DNA of 64,000 nt, from contig NW_024704742.1 of the NCBI RefSeq assembly GCF_018977255.1, positions 4,652,001-4,716,000 of the forward strand. The letters are read 5' to 3'. The stretch is from Callorhinchus milii. Its lineage: Eukaryota. The notes beneath the pieces are model-generated. The model saw nothing but the letters and a program-made list of their open reading frames with translations. It searched no databases and was not told the DNA's origin. Made by a program: the position numbers and the translations under genes. Positions 37,796 to 52,312 of this stretch are shown here, piece by piece; position 1 is the stretch's first letter, and every line of letters starts with the position of its first letter.

Positions 37796-40700
37796 TGCCT
37801 ACTAATGGGCCATTGGCATAAAATCAGGTCTACATTAAATCCAAATCATGGCGTCTGATTTACCCCACATTTCCAAAGTGCAGAAGTTGTTCAGAGACCA
37901 AGTAAGACCTTGTACCAATCATCGGTGGCTCTCAGCCATTTCACTGTATTTTGTGCAATAAAAAGCTTCATTATACTCCTTGGGACGTCTTCCCAACCCG
38001 AAAGGCGCTCTACAAATGTAATTTCATGTTGCAGTTTGCACCGTATACAATACTTTATAAATTGTACAGTCCTGAGAAAGCAGTGCAGTTTCTATTTTGT
38101 AGCTGGTGGGTTAATTATGCAACCAGGAACATTCTAACTCTAACCCTGCTCAGAGGCCCCTTTAAATCAGCCAGATTAATACCTCATTTAGTGCTGATCC
38201 AGATGTTGGGTTTGTATATGTTTCCAATGTTCTTGCTGGGTCATGGGACGATCTGTGCCGCAGATTCAAGTTTTGAGTTTTTAGCATTCTCTCACACCAC
38301 AGAGTGACTTGGGAGTGTTCGGAGCTGTATCCAAAGAACTCTAGGATTTCTACTGCAAATCATCTAACGGTCACCACAGTTTAGCGAACCGTCACTTCAG
38401 TTTTTTTTAAAAGACGTGAGAGAGGTTTTATTTACAATATCAATACTGCCGCTGTTGTACAAATACATAATGCAAATAAGAGCGATTCATGAATGTTCAG
38501 AGTTAAGTGTACACACTCTATATATAGACGTGATTGGAATACTGTACTTATCTCTGAAGCCTCTTTCCCTTCCCGCACGGTTTATATCATGTTAGGAAAG
38601 GTGAAGGAATGCAATTTCTTGCCATGGCAAGTACGAGTTGTGATTTCAAGTGCTGTAGAAAACTACTCTGCGTGAGAGGCAATATGTAAATGCAAGTTGT
38701 TGTTGTTGTCCGTATGCTAACAGAGTCCACTATTCACTAATAGCAAAGTCAATAGGCAGAAAAGTAGGTATTGAGCGGATCCAAAGGCTGACTTAGGTTT
38801 CCGTTTCCCCTTCTCAGACCAGGTAGCTATTGACGGATTCTCGATCATTTGTATTGAATGGTTGGATTCGGGGTATGAACTGGAGATGTGAAGAAACATG
38901 TCTGGCTCCAACCTATCTCATCAGCGAGGGATGGAATCTCTGTAGTTAGTTGCGTGTGATATGTTTGGTGCATGAGTTTGAGTTATTTTGCTGTTTATGG
39001 AGGATTGATACCAGATGTTCCCACATACTGTTATTGATAGCCGACGTCTTCCTAACCTGCTTTTCAACTTTCTACAAAATCTGCTGAATGATCACATGGT
39101 GGATAACTCGGCTATGGTTTGCGAGGGCGAGCTTGTTTTAGAGCTTTTTGAAGTATCAGCTGAGTCTTCCTAGAAGCAGTTCTCTTTTGTGTGAGAATTT
39201 GTCTACAAGCTACAAAAAGCAGAATCTAACTCTTGTAGAATTGATGACCTAAGCTTCTGTTTCTCCTCTCGGAACAGGTTCAGAATGCCTCCTTCACCAG
39301 CAATGTCAGTTAATAATAATGATCCTTGTATTTGATATTGCACCTTATCACATCTTGGAAGCATTTCACAGAATATACTGTGAACTGACTATATTTTGTG
39401 GGTGAAACAAGGCAGCCATTTGCGCACAGCAGTGTCCTGCAAACAGTGGTGGATTGAGTGACCGGATTATTATTATTTTATTTATTTTCCATTCACGTAT
39501 CTCAAGAGGTTACAAGAACAGCACCACAGCTTTACAATGGCAATACCTTTCCCTGCAATTCTTTCTTACCCTCCCCATCATCACAGCTGCTAAACTCGAA
39601 GTGTCAGCCCTGCCTCTCCAGTGTATGTATAACAGCAGGCTCTTGTATAGGCACGTGCTCCCCAAAACACCGTTTAAGCAAAATGTACAACTGTGCCAGT
39701 AAATATACGCTTGTAAAATTGAGAAGAGTGTTCACTGGACAATTACGTTAGTCACCATCAGTGGCATTAAAAAAAAAAGTCACCTTTAATAACCTGCCTG
39801 TCATATTTTCATCAAACCTTAGGGACTTTCTCTCATGAGTTTCTTAATTCCTTTTCGTGCCAACTGAAATGGAAACCATACTTACGTCCTGATGTGAAAT
39901 TCTTGTTCGTATGCCAAAGACATACAAATTTACAGGACATGTAAAAATAAAGCGCAGCTACTCTGGGCACAGGAAAGGACCTGCCAGGTGATATTTTCAT
40001 TTCAAAAACATGGAAAACACAATTGTCTTGTTTTTGTTCAGTTGCTCATGGCTCCTGGTCTTGCATATCTTATTTCTAGATTTGTATGAGATTCGAGGCA
40101 CTAATTTTGACATTTCTCCTGTTCTTTCAAGCCAGTTTGCCAGCAGGATGCAATTAGCCTTTATAGTACAAAAAAATCTATTGAAGCCATTCCTCACCCA
40201 GATTTTTAAATTTTCCTAATGTATTGGTAAGGCATTAAAGGGTAGAAAATTAATCCCAGGTTTAAAACAGCCCAATTTTCTTCAAAGTGCTATTGACTTG
40301 CAACGAAAGAAAGAACATGCATTTTTATAGCTCCTATAAGTTTGAAAAATGTACTGACTAGTGTTGTGATTTTTTTGGGGGGGAATGGGTGTGGGGGAGC
40401 AAACACGACATCCATTTTGAACACGAGCAAAGTCCCGCAAAAAAACATGAGTAGAATGAGCAATTAGTTGTTGGCCAGGATACCAGGAAAAACTCGCTTC
40501 TGTTTTTGAAGCATTCTGAGACAGGACTCTGGGTGGAGAGCGCATTATAAGTGCAAGTTGTTGTTGTTGTTGAATAGTGTTGTCCTCCTGAAGAACATGC
40601 CAAAGAGGCATCTGGTTAAAGTCACATCTGACCCAGAGGCGAGAGTGCTACCAACTGAGCACGCTGAACTAATTGACCATATAGATTGGGAAGGGGTTAC

Positions 40701-41585
40701 GTGGGCAAAAGAGGTAACACTAAAGAGAGAAACGATCGTCAGTGTTGGAGGGGGTTAAGCTATGACAGATGACTAAATAGGCTAAGGTCTTCAGCGGAAT
40801 CCGACAGAGGTCTGTAAGAGGCTGAACTGAGAAAGAAAACTTTCAGATACTCGAAGGTCGCAGGACGAGGGCTCAGGTTCAGGGTTGTAAAGGGCAATTT
40901 TAGGACAGATATTATTTCTTTACACTCGAGGTCATTGACAGCTGGGATGGGTTTTCAAAACGAGTGGTCAAGCTAGGAAACTGGGTTTATTTAAGACATT
41001 TAAGAAACAGCTTGCGATAAAGAAACTTTTAAAAACATGCTTTATTGGGAAGACTGTGGCGCAGATATTATAGAAGAATGAGATGTTGTAATGGGAAGAC
41101 TCTGCTGTCATGGTAATTAGTTATTATTGTGGAAGGATGATATAAAATGGGCTGAAAGAGCCATCATCCAAATCTTCTTACTGATTCAATTCAGTTTGCT
41201 GTCATCAAAGTGTATGAGTTTTTCATGAGAGTAATATAGATTAATTTTCAAATGTGGTTTAACATACCAGCAACTACGAAATAAGGTCAAATGCGCAATA
41301 GCTGCATTTTGCTGATGTTTGTGTAAATATTTTTGTTCCGTTTTATAATGTACGCTGGAGGTGCAATATGAGCGACAAGGGCCTGCCTGAAACTTCCTCT
41401 CTTCATATTCTGCTCAGGAACTATATGCTCTTGGTGGATTAAAACTGTTAACTCTACATTAGAAAATGATGTACTGCGTGGTTTCAAAATATTGCTGACA
41501 CACATATTACACTTGCATAGACGATGGGACTGTGCATTATTGCGTTACTAAATTAGACATCTTTTTCTGATGTTTTTCTAAACAG

Positions 41586-41779
41586 AGTGAAGACAGTCCA
41601 AGTCCTAAGCGCCAGCGCCTCTCTCATTCGGTTTTTGAATACACAGCAGTATCTCCTGCCCCATCACCACCAATGCGACCATGGGAGATGACATCTAACA
41701 GGCGACCTCCCTCGGCTCGACCCAACCAACACCACTTCTCAGGGGAAAGATGCAACACACCTGCACGAAACAGAAGAAG
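41586..41779 (+). CDS. RNF38: RNF38 coding exon A (SEDSPSPKRQRLSHSVFEYTAVSPAPSPPMRPWEMTSNRRPPSARPNQHHFSGERCNTPARNRR); internal ATG of MRPWE at 41673
   Basis: Translation is nearly identical to the recalled human RNF38 segment. Acceptor tttctaaacag|AGT, donor AAG|gtaatg; 194 nt, phase 0 to 2. Confidence 0.95.
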
Positions 41780-44208
41780 GTAATGTTTTAGTTACAAATA
41801 GGATGCAGTTTAGTTTAATTTAGTCTCCTCTTCAGGAGGACGACAAGTGAAAATACATATGTTTTGTGGAGTGAAAGCAGATGGAACTTGAAATGTACTT
41901 CAGATTGAAGGTACCCTTTGAGATTTGGAATAACAAACCTCTCAAAGCGCTTCACAGAATACCCTGTAAAAATGAATTGACTGTATATTTTGTGAGTGAA
42001 ACGTGGCAGCCAATTAGTTCTACTTAATTCTACTTAAGAGTAGACCGTCGGCCCTGAAGACGCTGTGTGACAGAAAAGAAACGAGTATTTTGAAAGATAG
42101 AAAATAAATCAGTTATCAAACGTTTTCAGAAAGTATGCAGTAAGGCAGACGTGGGGGTGAATGCTGTTTACAACAACAGCAACTTGCATTTATATAGCGC
42201 CCTTCACACAGGATAGCGTCCCAGAGCGTGCAGTGGCAAAGCCTGACTCTTAACACTGTCGACATTTGATATATCACAAGAAAACATGTGATAAAAAGAT
42301 CTGGTATCCAACGTAAGAATGAAGAATCATAGAAACAGAAAGGAATCAGCAACTGAAAGGAAAAGTTATTTTAAAGTTTCAAGTTTCTTTCATCAGAATT
42401 GGAATGATGGGCTACAGAAGCCCCTTATGTCTGTTATCTTTGCTTTCATGTCTAGACAAACTTCTTCTCCCCAGTCCAATAAAATGGCCATTGAAGCCTG
42501 GTTGTTGCAGTTCTGACTCACAAGGAAGTGTAGTAAACGCTGATTAATTTCCTTAAATTAGATACTACAAGAATAGTCAAATGAACAGTCATCAGTTAAT
42601 GTGAAAATCACACGATGAAGCAGATGGTATACCAGCTAAAAAATGCACTTCCTTTTAGAAATTAGAAGATTAAAAATATCTCACTTCATAATATTAACAC
42701 CTCGCCTACAATATGCAATTAATGAAACATTGTAAAAATTACCACTTGTTTCTTCAGAACACTAAGCAACGAACACCAAACCGCCACCAAACGGAACTCG
42801 ACTTCTTTACCACACTCGCACCAAAAGTTATTCTATTCTGTACCTCACCGGCTCAGCCTGAATTTATTGTATAGATTTTCCCAGAATCCTGAAGATAATG
42901 ATGATCCTTGCATTTGATATAGTACCTTATATCCTCAAGATGTCCAAACAACATAGCACTGCATTGGGGGATCAGCTGAGACTATGAGCTTGAAGTCACG
43001 GGTATGGGGCTTGAACCCATAACCTTCTGACTCAGAAGTAATAGTCTAAGATAATCAAGTAGAAGCTCCAGATTGTGCATCCAGGCTTCAATGGCCATTA
43101 TTATTATTATTATTATTATTATTATCCGTGTCCTCTGTTGTACCCCACCCTCCTTCGCAGACCACATCCAGGAGTCAAAAGCAACCGCAGGAATCATTGC
43201 AATCTGTGGAGTATTTATTCATTTTCAGTTTGTATCGATCTCTATATCCTCATGACTTTTTTGAAGCGGATCCTTATTCAGTTATTTTTTAAAAGTAGTT
43301 AATTCCTGTAGTATTAACTACATTTGTTGGGAGTCTGCTCTACATATCAACTATTAAGGAAACAAAATCTTCTAATCTCTAGTCCTACTTGAGGTTCTTA
43401 TGATTTAAATCTATGCTTTCCTAGTTCTGCACTAATAGCCTGCGTATATGTGTTTCATCATCAATGCCTTGTCAGTTCAAAGGTCTGAACAGCACAGCCT
43501 TCGATGATTTTTTCTGATGAAAACCCAGTGTCTCCTTATGACTTAGAACTCGAAATCCCAAGTCATCCTTATTACTCTTCTCCAACTCTTCAGTGCCCTT
43601 TTTTGTTAGAGTGCCGAGGCTTGCACATATTATTGCAGATATCCTTTAGAGTACCTTTATTTGACTGACAGTCAGCTACCCTCAAGAAACAGCAGAGCAT
43701 TTGGTTACCCTTTGTTGACAACAGCTTGACGTTGGCTCTAGCAGCCACAAGAAACAACCGTGCAAGATTCCAGCGAGGGCCTTAGTTGTCATGAGAACCA
43801 ATGTCTCATATAGGGGCATGCCAGGAGAAAAGGCTATTCACCTCAGGTGCTTTTTCCAGCTGTCACACAGTGGTGACGTGCTAGTGTGATTTATTGATCC
43901 TGTTGTCTTGGAAACATTTGGTGAACGATCAGTAACCACAACCAAATTCATTTTGTTCATTTCATGAAAGATTACCTCTTTACGTTGAACGCTTTACTGC
44001 TCCAATGAACCTTGAACACTAAATTCTGTCTGCCAGTCGTCCTCAATGTTGTTTATCCTCATGAAAATAATCCTTGCTTACTGTAGTTTAGGATTGTCAT
44101 AAAATTATGCAATATTGCAAGAGGATCCTGATTTCTGTGGCACTCTTTCAGTACTTGCTGAATATTTGTAAAACAGAAACTTTCTATGTATCAATTAAAA
44201 AATATTGT

Positions 44209-44496
44209 AATAATAATAATGATCCTCGCATTTGATATAGCGCTTTTCACGTCGGGAGGACATCCCAAAGCGCTTCACAGAACACATTGCAAAGTGAATT
44301 GACTGTATATTTGTGGGCGAACGCAGCAGCCAATTGCGTACAGCGATGTCCCACAAACAGTCGTAGATTGCAAATGACCAATTTATTATTGTTTTTTTGG
44401 AGGGATTATTATTAAGCGGAGTAAGAAAACTTGCCCAAGGTTTCGCCCTGCCTGGAATTGAGCTCAGCGAGTGCTCTAACCACTGAGCTACAAGAC
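44209..44496 (-). mobile_element. Near full-length young SINE, short subfamily
   Basis: Tail, core and head (gcgagtgctctaaccactgagctacaagac) on the minus strand. Confidence 0.9.
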
Positions 44497-44579
44497 TCTT
44501 ACAGTCCTACAGGACTGTACAATCTTATTATTTACTGCATTTGTTGGCAGTGGACGATTAATGTAACATAAGCATTAAA

Positions 44580-44950
44580 TGTCTTGCCCTCTCCTACATC
44601 TCTGACCTGCTGATCTCTGTCAACCCGTTGGCTCCCTCTGCTCAGCAGGATCGGGCCAGCTTGCTCCAAGTCTCCCGCCCTACCATTGACGGCCAGGCTT
44701 TCAGCTTCTCTGTCCACACCCTTTAGAACTCAATCTCACAATCCCTTCGCCTTGCTCCCTCCCTTGCCTCCTTCAAGACACATCTAAAGACGCTCCTTTT
44801 CGACTGTGCCCTCAGCCGCCCTCCGACCTCTCTGCCCTCCCTCACCTCAATCCTGCCCTCCCCCACGCTCAGGTCCTGATCCCCGACTGTTCAGCGACTT
44901 GGGATGTCCTGCCAGCGTGAAAGGCGCTTTACAAATGTGATTTTATTATT
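44580..44950 (+). mobile_element. L2 LINE 3' end
   Basis: Aligns to 23250-23652. Confidence 0.88.
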
Positions 44951-45189
44951 GTGGTGTACCTGATAATAGACGTTGATTAAATTGATTCAGAAAATGTAAA
45001 AATATGAATCAAAATACATTTACAAATTTAGAATAACTTGGTAATTTGGTGTGATGACGTGCTATGTGTTAATGTGTGTATATGTTGTGATCATGCGGTA
45101 CATATTAGTTGTGAATTATGTGATGAGTGTTAGTTATGATCATCAGAGTGTGTGGTAATCCAGTGCGTGTCAACAACAACTTGTGCCTG

Positions 45190-45675
45190 GGGTAGTGTCT
45201 TGGATAACTTAAGAATGGCGGAGGTTGATGCCGAACCGGGGTGAGAAGGGAGGTAACATCCGCACGGTCAAAGTGGAAGATCTTCAGACAAGCAAGGAAC
45301 AGGCTAAGGCGAAGGGATCGAAGCAGAATATTCCAGAGTTTCGGGGCGTTGTGGCTGAAAGCCCAGCCACTGATGGCAGAGTGGAGGGGATGAAGGACAC
45401 TAGAAGGCCGGCGCCAGCTGAGCAAAGTGTCAGGTAGCGGAGTGGGGTGTAAGCAGGTCGGAAAGGTAGGGAGGTGCCAACTAGGGTGTGAATTGATTTG
45501 TAAGCGAGGGTAAGGCACTTGAAATCGACCCGTTCTGTGGTGCGATGGGGATGCAGAGTTTGGTACGGGTGACGATAAGGACAACGGATCGTTTGGATTT
45601 TGTGGGTGGCGGAGCTGGGGAGACTGGCAAGGAGCGTCTTGGAAAAATCAAGGCAGGAGGTGATGAAAGCATGTC
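45190..45675 (-). mobile_element. L2 LINE 3' fragment
   Basis: Minus-strand AFSHNAPKLWN remnant; homology to other L2 copies. Confidence 0.8.
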
Positions 45676-45976
45676 AATTGTGATCGTGCAGTTAGTTGTA
45701 ATCCCACGCTACATGTCAATTGTGCAAGAACACATTAATTGTAATCGTGCAATGTTTATGACAAATATCAATGTATCACCTGTGATTACCATGACTCAAC
45801 AAAGCAATTTAATTATTCCAAAAGGCAAATATTACTTGTGTGTAGTGGTGTTGATTTTTTGTGCTGTTAGCACCAGCTAATGTTTTGCTTTACTGCAAAG
45901 GTCATGAATGATAAAATATTCAGGCCAGTGTTATTCAAGTACTTTTTTTTTCTGACTACGATCTTGTTTGGTTCAG

Positions 45977-46190
45977 TCCTCCAGTCAGACGCCAGCGAGG
46001 GAGACGAGAAAGGCTAACCAGACATAGTTCTATGAGCCAAGATGAAAATTATCACCACCACCCTTATGGACAGCAACCAGCAGTAGAGGAGCCTAGAGCA
46101 TTTCACCCTCCGAATGTATCTCCACGAATGCTGCACCCTGCTGCACACCCTCCCCAGCAGAATGCTGCAATGGTTGACATCCATGATCAG
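45977..46190 (+). CDS. RNF38: RNF38 coding exon B (SPPVRRQRGRRERLTRHSSMSQDENYHHHPYGQQPAVEEPRAFHPPNVSPRMLHPAAHPPQQNAAMVDIHDQ)
   Basis: ttcag|T acceptor, CAG|gtacgt donor; 214 nt, completes the split Ser codon from exon A; overlaps ORF 46032..46274. Confidence 0.96.
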
Positions 46191-46971
46191 GTACGTAAAT
46201 TCAGTCAGAACCGCATATTTTCCCTCGGCACCAATTACAATTGGGTTACTATGGGGCCGGGTTCCAAAAGATAAATCATTCTTTATCCATTCATTCTTAT
46301 TGAGCAGTCAAAACAACGTATCTGGAATTCATTTTAGAGCGCCTTTCACGTTGGGAGGACATCCCAAAGCGCTGAACAGTCAGCCCGAGCATGGGGGAGG
46401 GGTGGTGTAGAGGTGAGGGAATGTAGTATCTTTAGTTGTATCCTTTAGTACATGTGCATCCTGTGATGTAAATTTAGTTTCTCAGGCATGGGAAATTTTT
46501 TCAACACAGTTCATCTTTGTTGCTAAGCAAAACTGATGAGAGGAGGTTATGCATTTAGATTCAAACTAATATGGTTGGGGGATTAGATGAATTAGAGAGA
46601 TAAAAGCACTATCATTTCATTTCTGGAACCTGAATTTGTAAGACTGAAAAGACTGTCTTCTCTCTCGCTGCTTTTCCATCTGAAGTGTTACTATCTGAAT
46701 TGAATTTAGGTAATTGAACTCCATGTCCTAATGGATGCAAATTCCCAGCATAAAATTATTATACAATTGTAATCTTGCTGTTGTTATAGACTAGCACAAA
46801 ATTGGCAGTGCTCCCTGGAGAGGTCAGAGGAGTATTTTGAGGCCTCAAATCTCTCAGGACCTTAGCCTTCATTTTGTAAAAAAAAATTTGGTTATCCATT
46901 TGACTCAGTTGGTAACACTCTTACGTTTTAGTGAAACATGAATGACTCATCTCTAAAGTCAGACTTGTTTT

Positions 46972-47296
46972 AGTCAGCTGGGTGTCTGACACATGTTGGG
47001 AACCGGAACCCATCAATGTGCTTAATAGTAACCAAACCAGACTGAGAATTCCACATATGTATGTCACTTAGTTCCCCTGTGGAAATTCCCCTGTGTCTGG
47101 AATGGATTATGAACTCTCTCCCTGGATGGATGCACACTGTTTACCAAATCCAGACAGTATTAAGCGCAGGTTGGCAAAAGCCCAGAGCCCTCACTAGGTG
47201 GAGAGCAGGTAACAGGAACTCCCAGAGCCTGCCTGGGCAATGCAGCTCAGCATGAAACATGTGGGAGCATTGTCAACATGCTCGTGCCCACAGCTC
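46972..47296 (-). repeat. Internally deleted copy of the unclassified repeat
   Basis: Joins the 3' end (gtcagctgggtgtctgacac) to the 5' part (cagctcagcatgaaa...tgcccacagctc). Confidence 0.8.
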
Positions 47297-49169
47297 ATAC
47301 GTGGTTCATGATATCAAGCAGTGGGTATATCAATGTGTGTTTGCAAAATTCAAGCCTCAGAGTTTCTTCATCAACTATTCAACAAACAACTGCCTTTAAC
47401 AACACCAATATTGTATTTATGAAGCGTCCTTCACACAGGATAGCGTCTTAGAGCTTTCGTTGTGGTGGGAGGATTTTTACAGGACACCTTGATGTTCTCG
47501 AGGTCCATATCCAGTGAAACATAGCAGACTTACTCAACACCAACTGCTTAATCCGGGTTCTTATGTGAGGGGCCTCAGCAAATAGGCGCCTGTAAAGCCG
47601 TCTCCAGGGTGTTCAACATGAGGTCAATGTAGGCTGGAGTCTTCCCTCACTGCAGCTGCTTCCCTGGACTTCACAAATGAGATCAGTTTGGTACACAACG
47701 TAACCCAAAAGCCTTCTTTGGCAGGACGTGCTTATTAAAATTTATCTTAAAATTAGAGAACGGGCTAGAATGATGTCTTGAGCTGAATGCTACAGGAACA
47801 TTGGAATGTATTTCACTCCTTAAATGCAAAACACTTCATTTAGTCAGTCTCAAACTGATGAAATAAATAAAAATGGCAGTACACTCCAATAGAACTTTGT
47901 CTTTCACTCCTCAAATGAATTCTCTGTCAAATAGATAAGATGCTGGAGTATTATAAACACAGTATTTGGGCCCTTAAACTAGGCCCTGTTATGAGGCTCT
48001 TATAACAACTTGTTTTTCAGTGACTGGCGTTTCTATCAAACTAGTCAAGTAATCTGCTGAGCTGTAACAAAGTTTAGCAGATTGTTCAAACTTACTCTTG
48101 AAGATGTTTTGTCTCAGTTCCAACACAATTAGCACCTTTTAACCATTTCACAAGTGTTTGTCACAGCTGCTGCTCGTATGGTGTTTACACCGTGTGAATT
48201 TGGCCAAATGTTTTTGAACAGAATAAAAAACAGATTTCGAGACTTAGCAATAACGGTTGACACCGCTCGGGTCTACATTTCTGCCAATGGCAGATCGAGA
48301 GGGAGTTCAGAAAAAAACACTTTCACAAAGAGGGTGGTGAGAATGTGGAACTTGCTGCCAGAAGCCGTGATTCACCTGATTAAAATGACTATGCAAGGGT
48401 GCAAATTCTTAAATGGACAAGATTCCCTAAGTTATTCTTTCCTGTCGTCTATGAATGATGAGTCCTGATTGTATGTGATGGTTGAACATATGAAGAATGT
48501 TGCTGTCAGAGATGGAAAACTCCCATGTCTACCCAGGCCTGAAAATGTAACAAAAAACTCATTCCCTTAAGTATTATCTGTCAGTCCATTCATGAAATTA
48601 AACTAGTCTGGTTTAAGTGAACTGGTTATGTCATTTTTTTATCGAAAAAATAATTTATATTTTAATTTGAAATGGCAATCATGATTTTAATATTTTTTAT
48701 TACTTAATAAATTGGAGCAATCAGACGTGGATTAGACCATGCATTATTACACTCACCTTTCACTTCTGGGACCTGGGTTGAAATTTGACCAAAAGGATTG
48801 GATGAGATTCTGTCTCCAATGGTCCTAATTTAAATGGATTTAGGCAGTTTAAATGCTATTTCTTCTGGGCAAAAGTCCACAGCATAAAACTGCACGAATG
48901 TAACATAAACTAGTGTATCAAGGACTGTTTTAATCTGTCTAGGACATGCCATAGCCTTGATTTCTTACCAAGTTCATACTGTATCCTACCCCAGTTTCAT
49001 AAAGCAAAAGCATTTTATTGAGACACAAGGAAATCAGATTATCCACAGTTCAACTCAGGCCATAAACCACCCTGCAACATTGCAGTACAGAATGATGGAA
49101 CCAATCTTGACTACACACAGTTCAGCCGATTTCTATACACGCCAACTTTCTGTGGCTGAACATGTGCAT

Positions 49170-50178
49170 TCCTCCCCGTTCTCTCCAGCTTCAACATGAA
49201 CAAGATCCAAATCATTCAAAACTCTGCTGCTCGTTCCTCACCCATATCGGGCTCTACACTCCCTTCACCCCAATTCTTGCCAGGATCCACTGGCTTCCTA
49301 ATGCAGAACTAATCGATTTTAAGTACCTGACTCTCATTTTCAAATCACTTCACGCTCTTGGCACTTCCATACTTTTCCGATCTGCTCAGCCGGTTTGCAC
49401 ATAACTTCGTCCCCTCCTCTCCAGCGTTGGCGGCCGTGCACTCAGCCACTGTGCCCCGAATCTCTGGAACTTCCTCCCTTTATCGCCCCTCTTTGCCCTT
49501 CTTCAACTCACATCTGACTTTTCGACTGTGCCTTGGGTCATCTCCACTCTCATTCCAGCTCGGTGTACAACACACAGCACCGTTAAGCACTCTGGGATGT
49601 TACTTGCATGAAGGGTGCTATATAAATGCAAGTTGTTGTAAGTCATAGTCAAACGTTTGTTACCTACAGATATATTTAAGCTCTCGTGCATATTTTCATT
49701 ATAATAATAATAATCCTTGCATCCAGCTCATTCAGAACTCTGCCGCCCGCATACTGACCCCAACCAAACTCACCAGCTCTGGCCCAGGCTCCACTGGCTC
49801 CCCATCACCGAACGGATCGACTTCAAGATCTTCACACTCATGTTCAAATTCCTTCACTCTCGGGCACCTCCCTTACCTCTCCGACCTCCTCCACCACCCG
49901 GCGCCTCCGCTCGACTGGCACCGACTTCCTGCTCGGCCCTCGAACCCTCCGCCCCACCATTGGAGGTGGCGTTTTCAACCCGAAACCCTGGAACATTCTC
50001 CCTCAATCCCTCCGCCTTGCCCCCTCCCCTTTTCACGTCCCGCCTGAAAACTTTCCTCTTCAACCGTGCTTAAGACCACCTCTCAACACCCTCCCCCCCG
50101 CTTCACCGCTGTTAAGAGCTGTAGCTCTGAGACGCTAACCTGCGTGGAGGGCGCTTTATAAGTGCAAGTTGTTGTTGT
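49170..50178 (+). mobile_element. Two tandem L2 3' fragments (49170-49640, 49715-50178)
   Basis: IHWLPNAELIDFK and LHWLPITERIDFKI; both end in ...aa(a/g)tgcaagttgttg. Confidence 0.88.
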
Positions 50179-50268
50179 ACGTTGAATAGCGCGTGGCATA
50201 TGCTGAATAATAGAGAAAATATCAGCAAGGATGAAAGTGCTGTTAATCCATCTTTGAATAATAACTAA

Positions 50269-50487
<219 letters not shown>

Positions 50488-50619
50488 TAAATCACATAAA
50501 TTTAGAATTAAATCAAACTGAATGCATGGTATTGCATGCCTCCGTGCATTGTTGATCATTAAGATTTCGGAAAGCATTTTGCAACAATGAATATAAAGCA
50601 GTTACGTAAAGAAAAATAC

Positions 50620-50845
50620 CACACGTAGAAAACAGCGGCCAGTATTGTATCCACCTGAATGGTCAGGCGAGACTTTGGTTTAACGTCTGATCGAAGGACA
50701 GCACCTTTGACAACGCAGAACACCACCAGCACTTCAATGGAATGGCAGCTTAGAATATATTAGTTCCAAGTCCTTCTGCGGAGCTCAAACTCTCAACCTT
50801 CTCTGACTCAGAGGCAAGGATGCTACCAACTGAATCAGGCGGTCA
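50620..50845 (-). mobile_element. Older SacSINE1-like Deu-family SINE 5' portion (related fragments at ~36100-36290 and ~42950-43060)
   Basis: ggtttaacgtctgatcgaaggacagcacctttgacaac...aaccttctctgactcagaggcaaggatgctaccaactga resembles recalled shark SINE consensus. Confidence 0.65.
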
Positions 50846-51484
50846 CTTATTGGTGTGGAAATGGAACTGCACAATCAGGGTTTAAGGTAGCATATTAAAT
50901 GGTGATATTTTGAATTGATTTTGAAAGTTGAGTTAAATCCCCAGCCTTTCCACTGCTGAGAGCTGGGTTTGAATCCAACCCACAAACAATTTTATTAATG
51001 AAGTGAACAATTTTAACCTCATTTCATGTGCTACCAAGTGTGCAGCGTAATATTTCCATAATTTAACCGATCGGCCATCTCATTCAAACAAGCCATTAGT
51101 AACCAATTGTATTTGGGTGATTGTTGACCAGGACAAATTCCTGATGTGTGAGGCTTGAACCTTCTGCTCAAGAGCGCGACCAACTGAGGCAGGCTGACAA
51201 CTCAGGCTCTCTCATCTACCCATTCCTGCATGTCCTCACCCCCTCCCTACCTCTGCATGACCTTTTCTAGCCTCCTCCGTAAGGAGACTCGAACCTGCTG
51301 TGGATTCCTCGCCCTCACTAAATCACCATCGGCGGACAAGGCTTCAGCCACTATCCCCCTCTTGAAGCTCCCGCCCTAAATCCCTCTGATTTTCACCCTC
51401 TATTTGCCTTTAAAGCTTCCTGAAAAACCTACTCTTTGACCATGCCTGAGGCGGTCACTCAGATGACCACTATTAAGGAGGGAA

Positions 51485-52093
51485 CCATTAGGTTCAAAAG
51501 TCAGGAAGTTATGATGAACCTTTATAAAACACCAGTTAGACCTCAGCTGGAGACTGTGTTCAGTTCTGGGCCCCACACTTTAGGAAGGATGTCAAGGCAT
51601 TGGAAAGGGTACAAAGGAGATTGACCAGGATGGTACCAGGAATGAGGGACTTCAGTAACCAGGAGAGGCAGAGAAGCCGGGATTATTCTATTGGAGCAGA
51701 GAAGGTTAAGAGGAGACTTCATAGAAGTTTTCAAAATTATGAGGGGATTCGATAGGGTGAACAAGGAGAAACTATTCCCACTGGCGGGTGGGTCGGTAAC
51801 CCCGAGAACGCCAATTTAAAATAGTTGTTAAAAGAAGCTGAGGGGAGGTGAGGAGAAATTTTTTCACACAGTGAGTTGTTCACATCTGGAATGCATTGCC
51901 TGAAAGGCTGGTGGAAGCCAATTCGATAACAACTTTTAAGATAAGTAGATAATTATTTGGGAAGGACAGGTTTGCAGGGCTATGGGAGAGAGCGGGGGAG
52001 TGGGATTGGTTTGGATAGCTCTTCTCAAAGAGCTGGCACAGACACGATGGGCTGAATGCCTCCTTGTGTGCTGTATAATTCTATGATTCTATG
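51485..52093 (+). mobile_element. CR1-clade LINE 3' end, inserted into an L2 remnant
   Basis: [11 protein letters not shown] and [17 protein letters not shown] motifs; ttctatgattctatg terminal repeat; L2 sequence at 51230-51465 and L2-type tail at 52094-52168. Confidence 0.92.
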
Positions 52094-52240
52094 TACAGTA
52101 AAGTCTCTTAGAGATCTTTGAGATGTTGCCCTACATGAACGGTGCTTTATAAATTGAATCTGTTGTGTTTCCGTATACAGTTTTGCCAGTAATGGGCGTT
52201 TTTGAGCTACTTTATCATTGTACAGTGGTGTTTAAGGTTT

Positions 52241-52312
52241 GTGAAGATTTATCAGGGCACGATTCCTGTCTCATACACTGGGATATGGTGTCAATTTGTA
52301 CAGGCCAACATA
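52241..52312 (+). pseudogene. Decayed partial duplicate (pseudo-exon) of RNF38 exon C
   Basis: gtgaag-ATTTATCAGGGCACGATTCCTGTCTCATACACTG vs gtgcag-ATTCATCAGGGCACCGTTCCTGTTTCATATACCG (28/34 identical), then TTTGTACAGGCCAACATA vs TTTGCACAGGCCAACATA after a deletion. Confidence 0.85.

Noticed and set aside
39248..39313. PKLLFLLSEQVQNASF, weakly like recalled human RNF38 LFPLLPSDQNTTVQEDAHF
   Set aside because: Bounded by in-frame TGA and TAA, needs several gaps, and abuts a SINE tail; probably chance.
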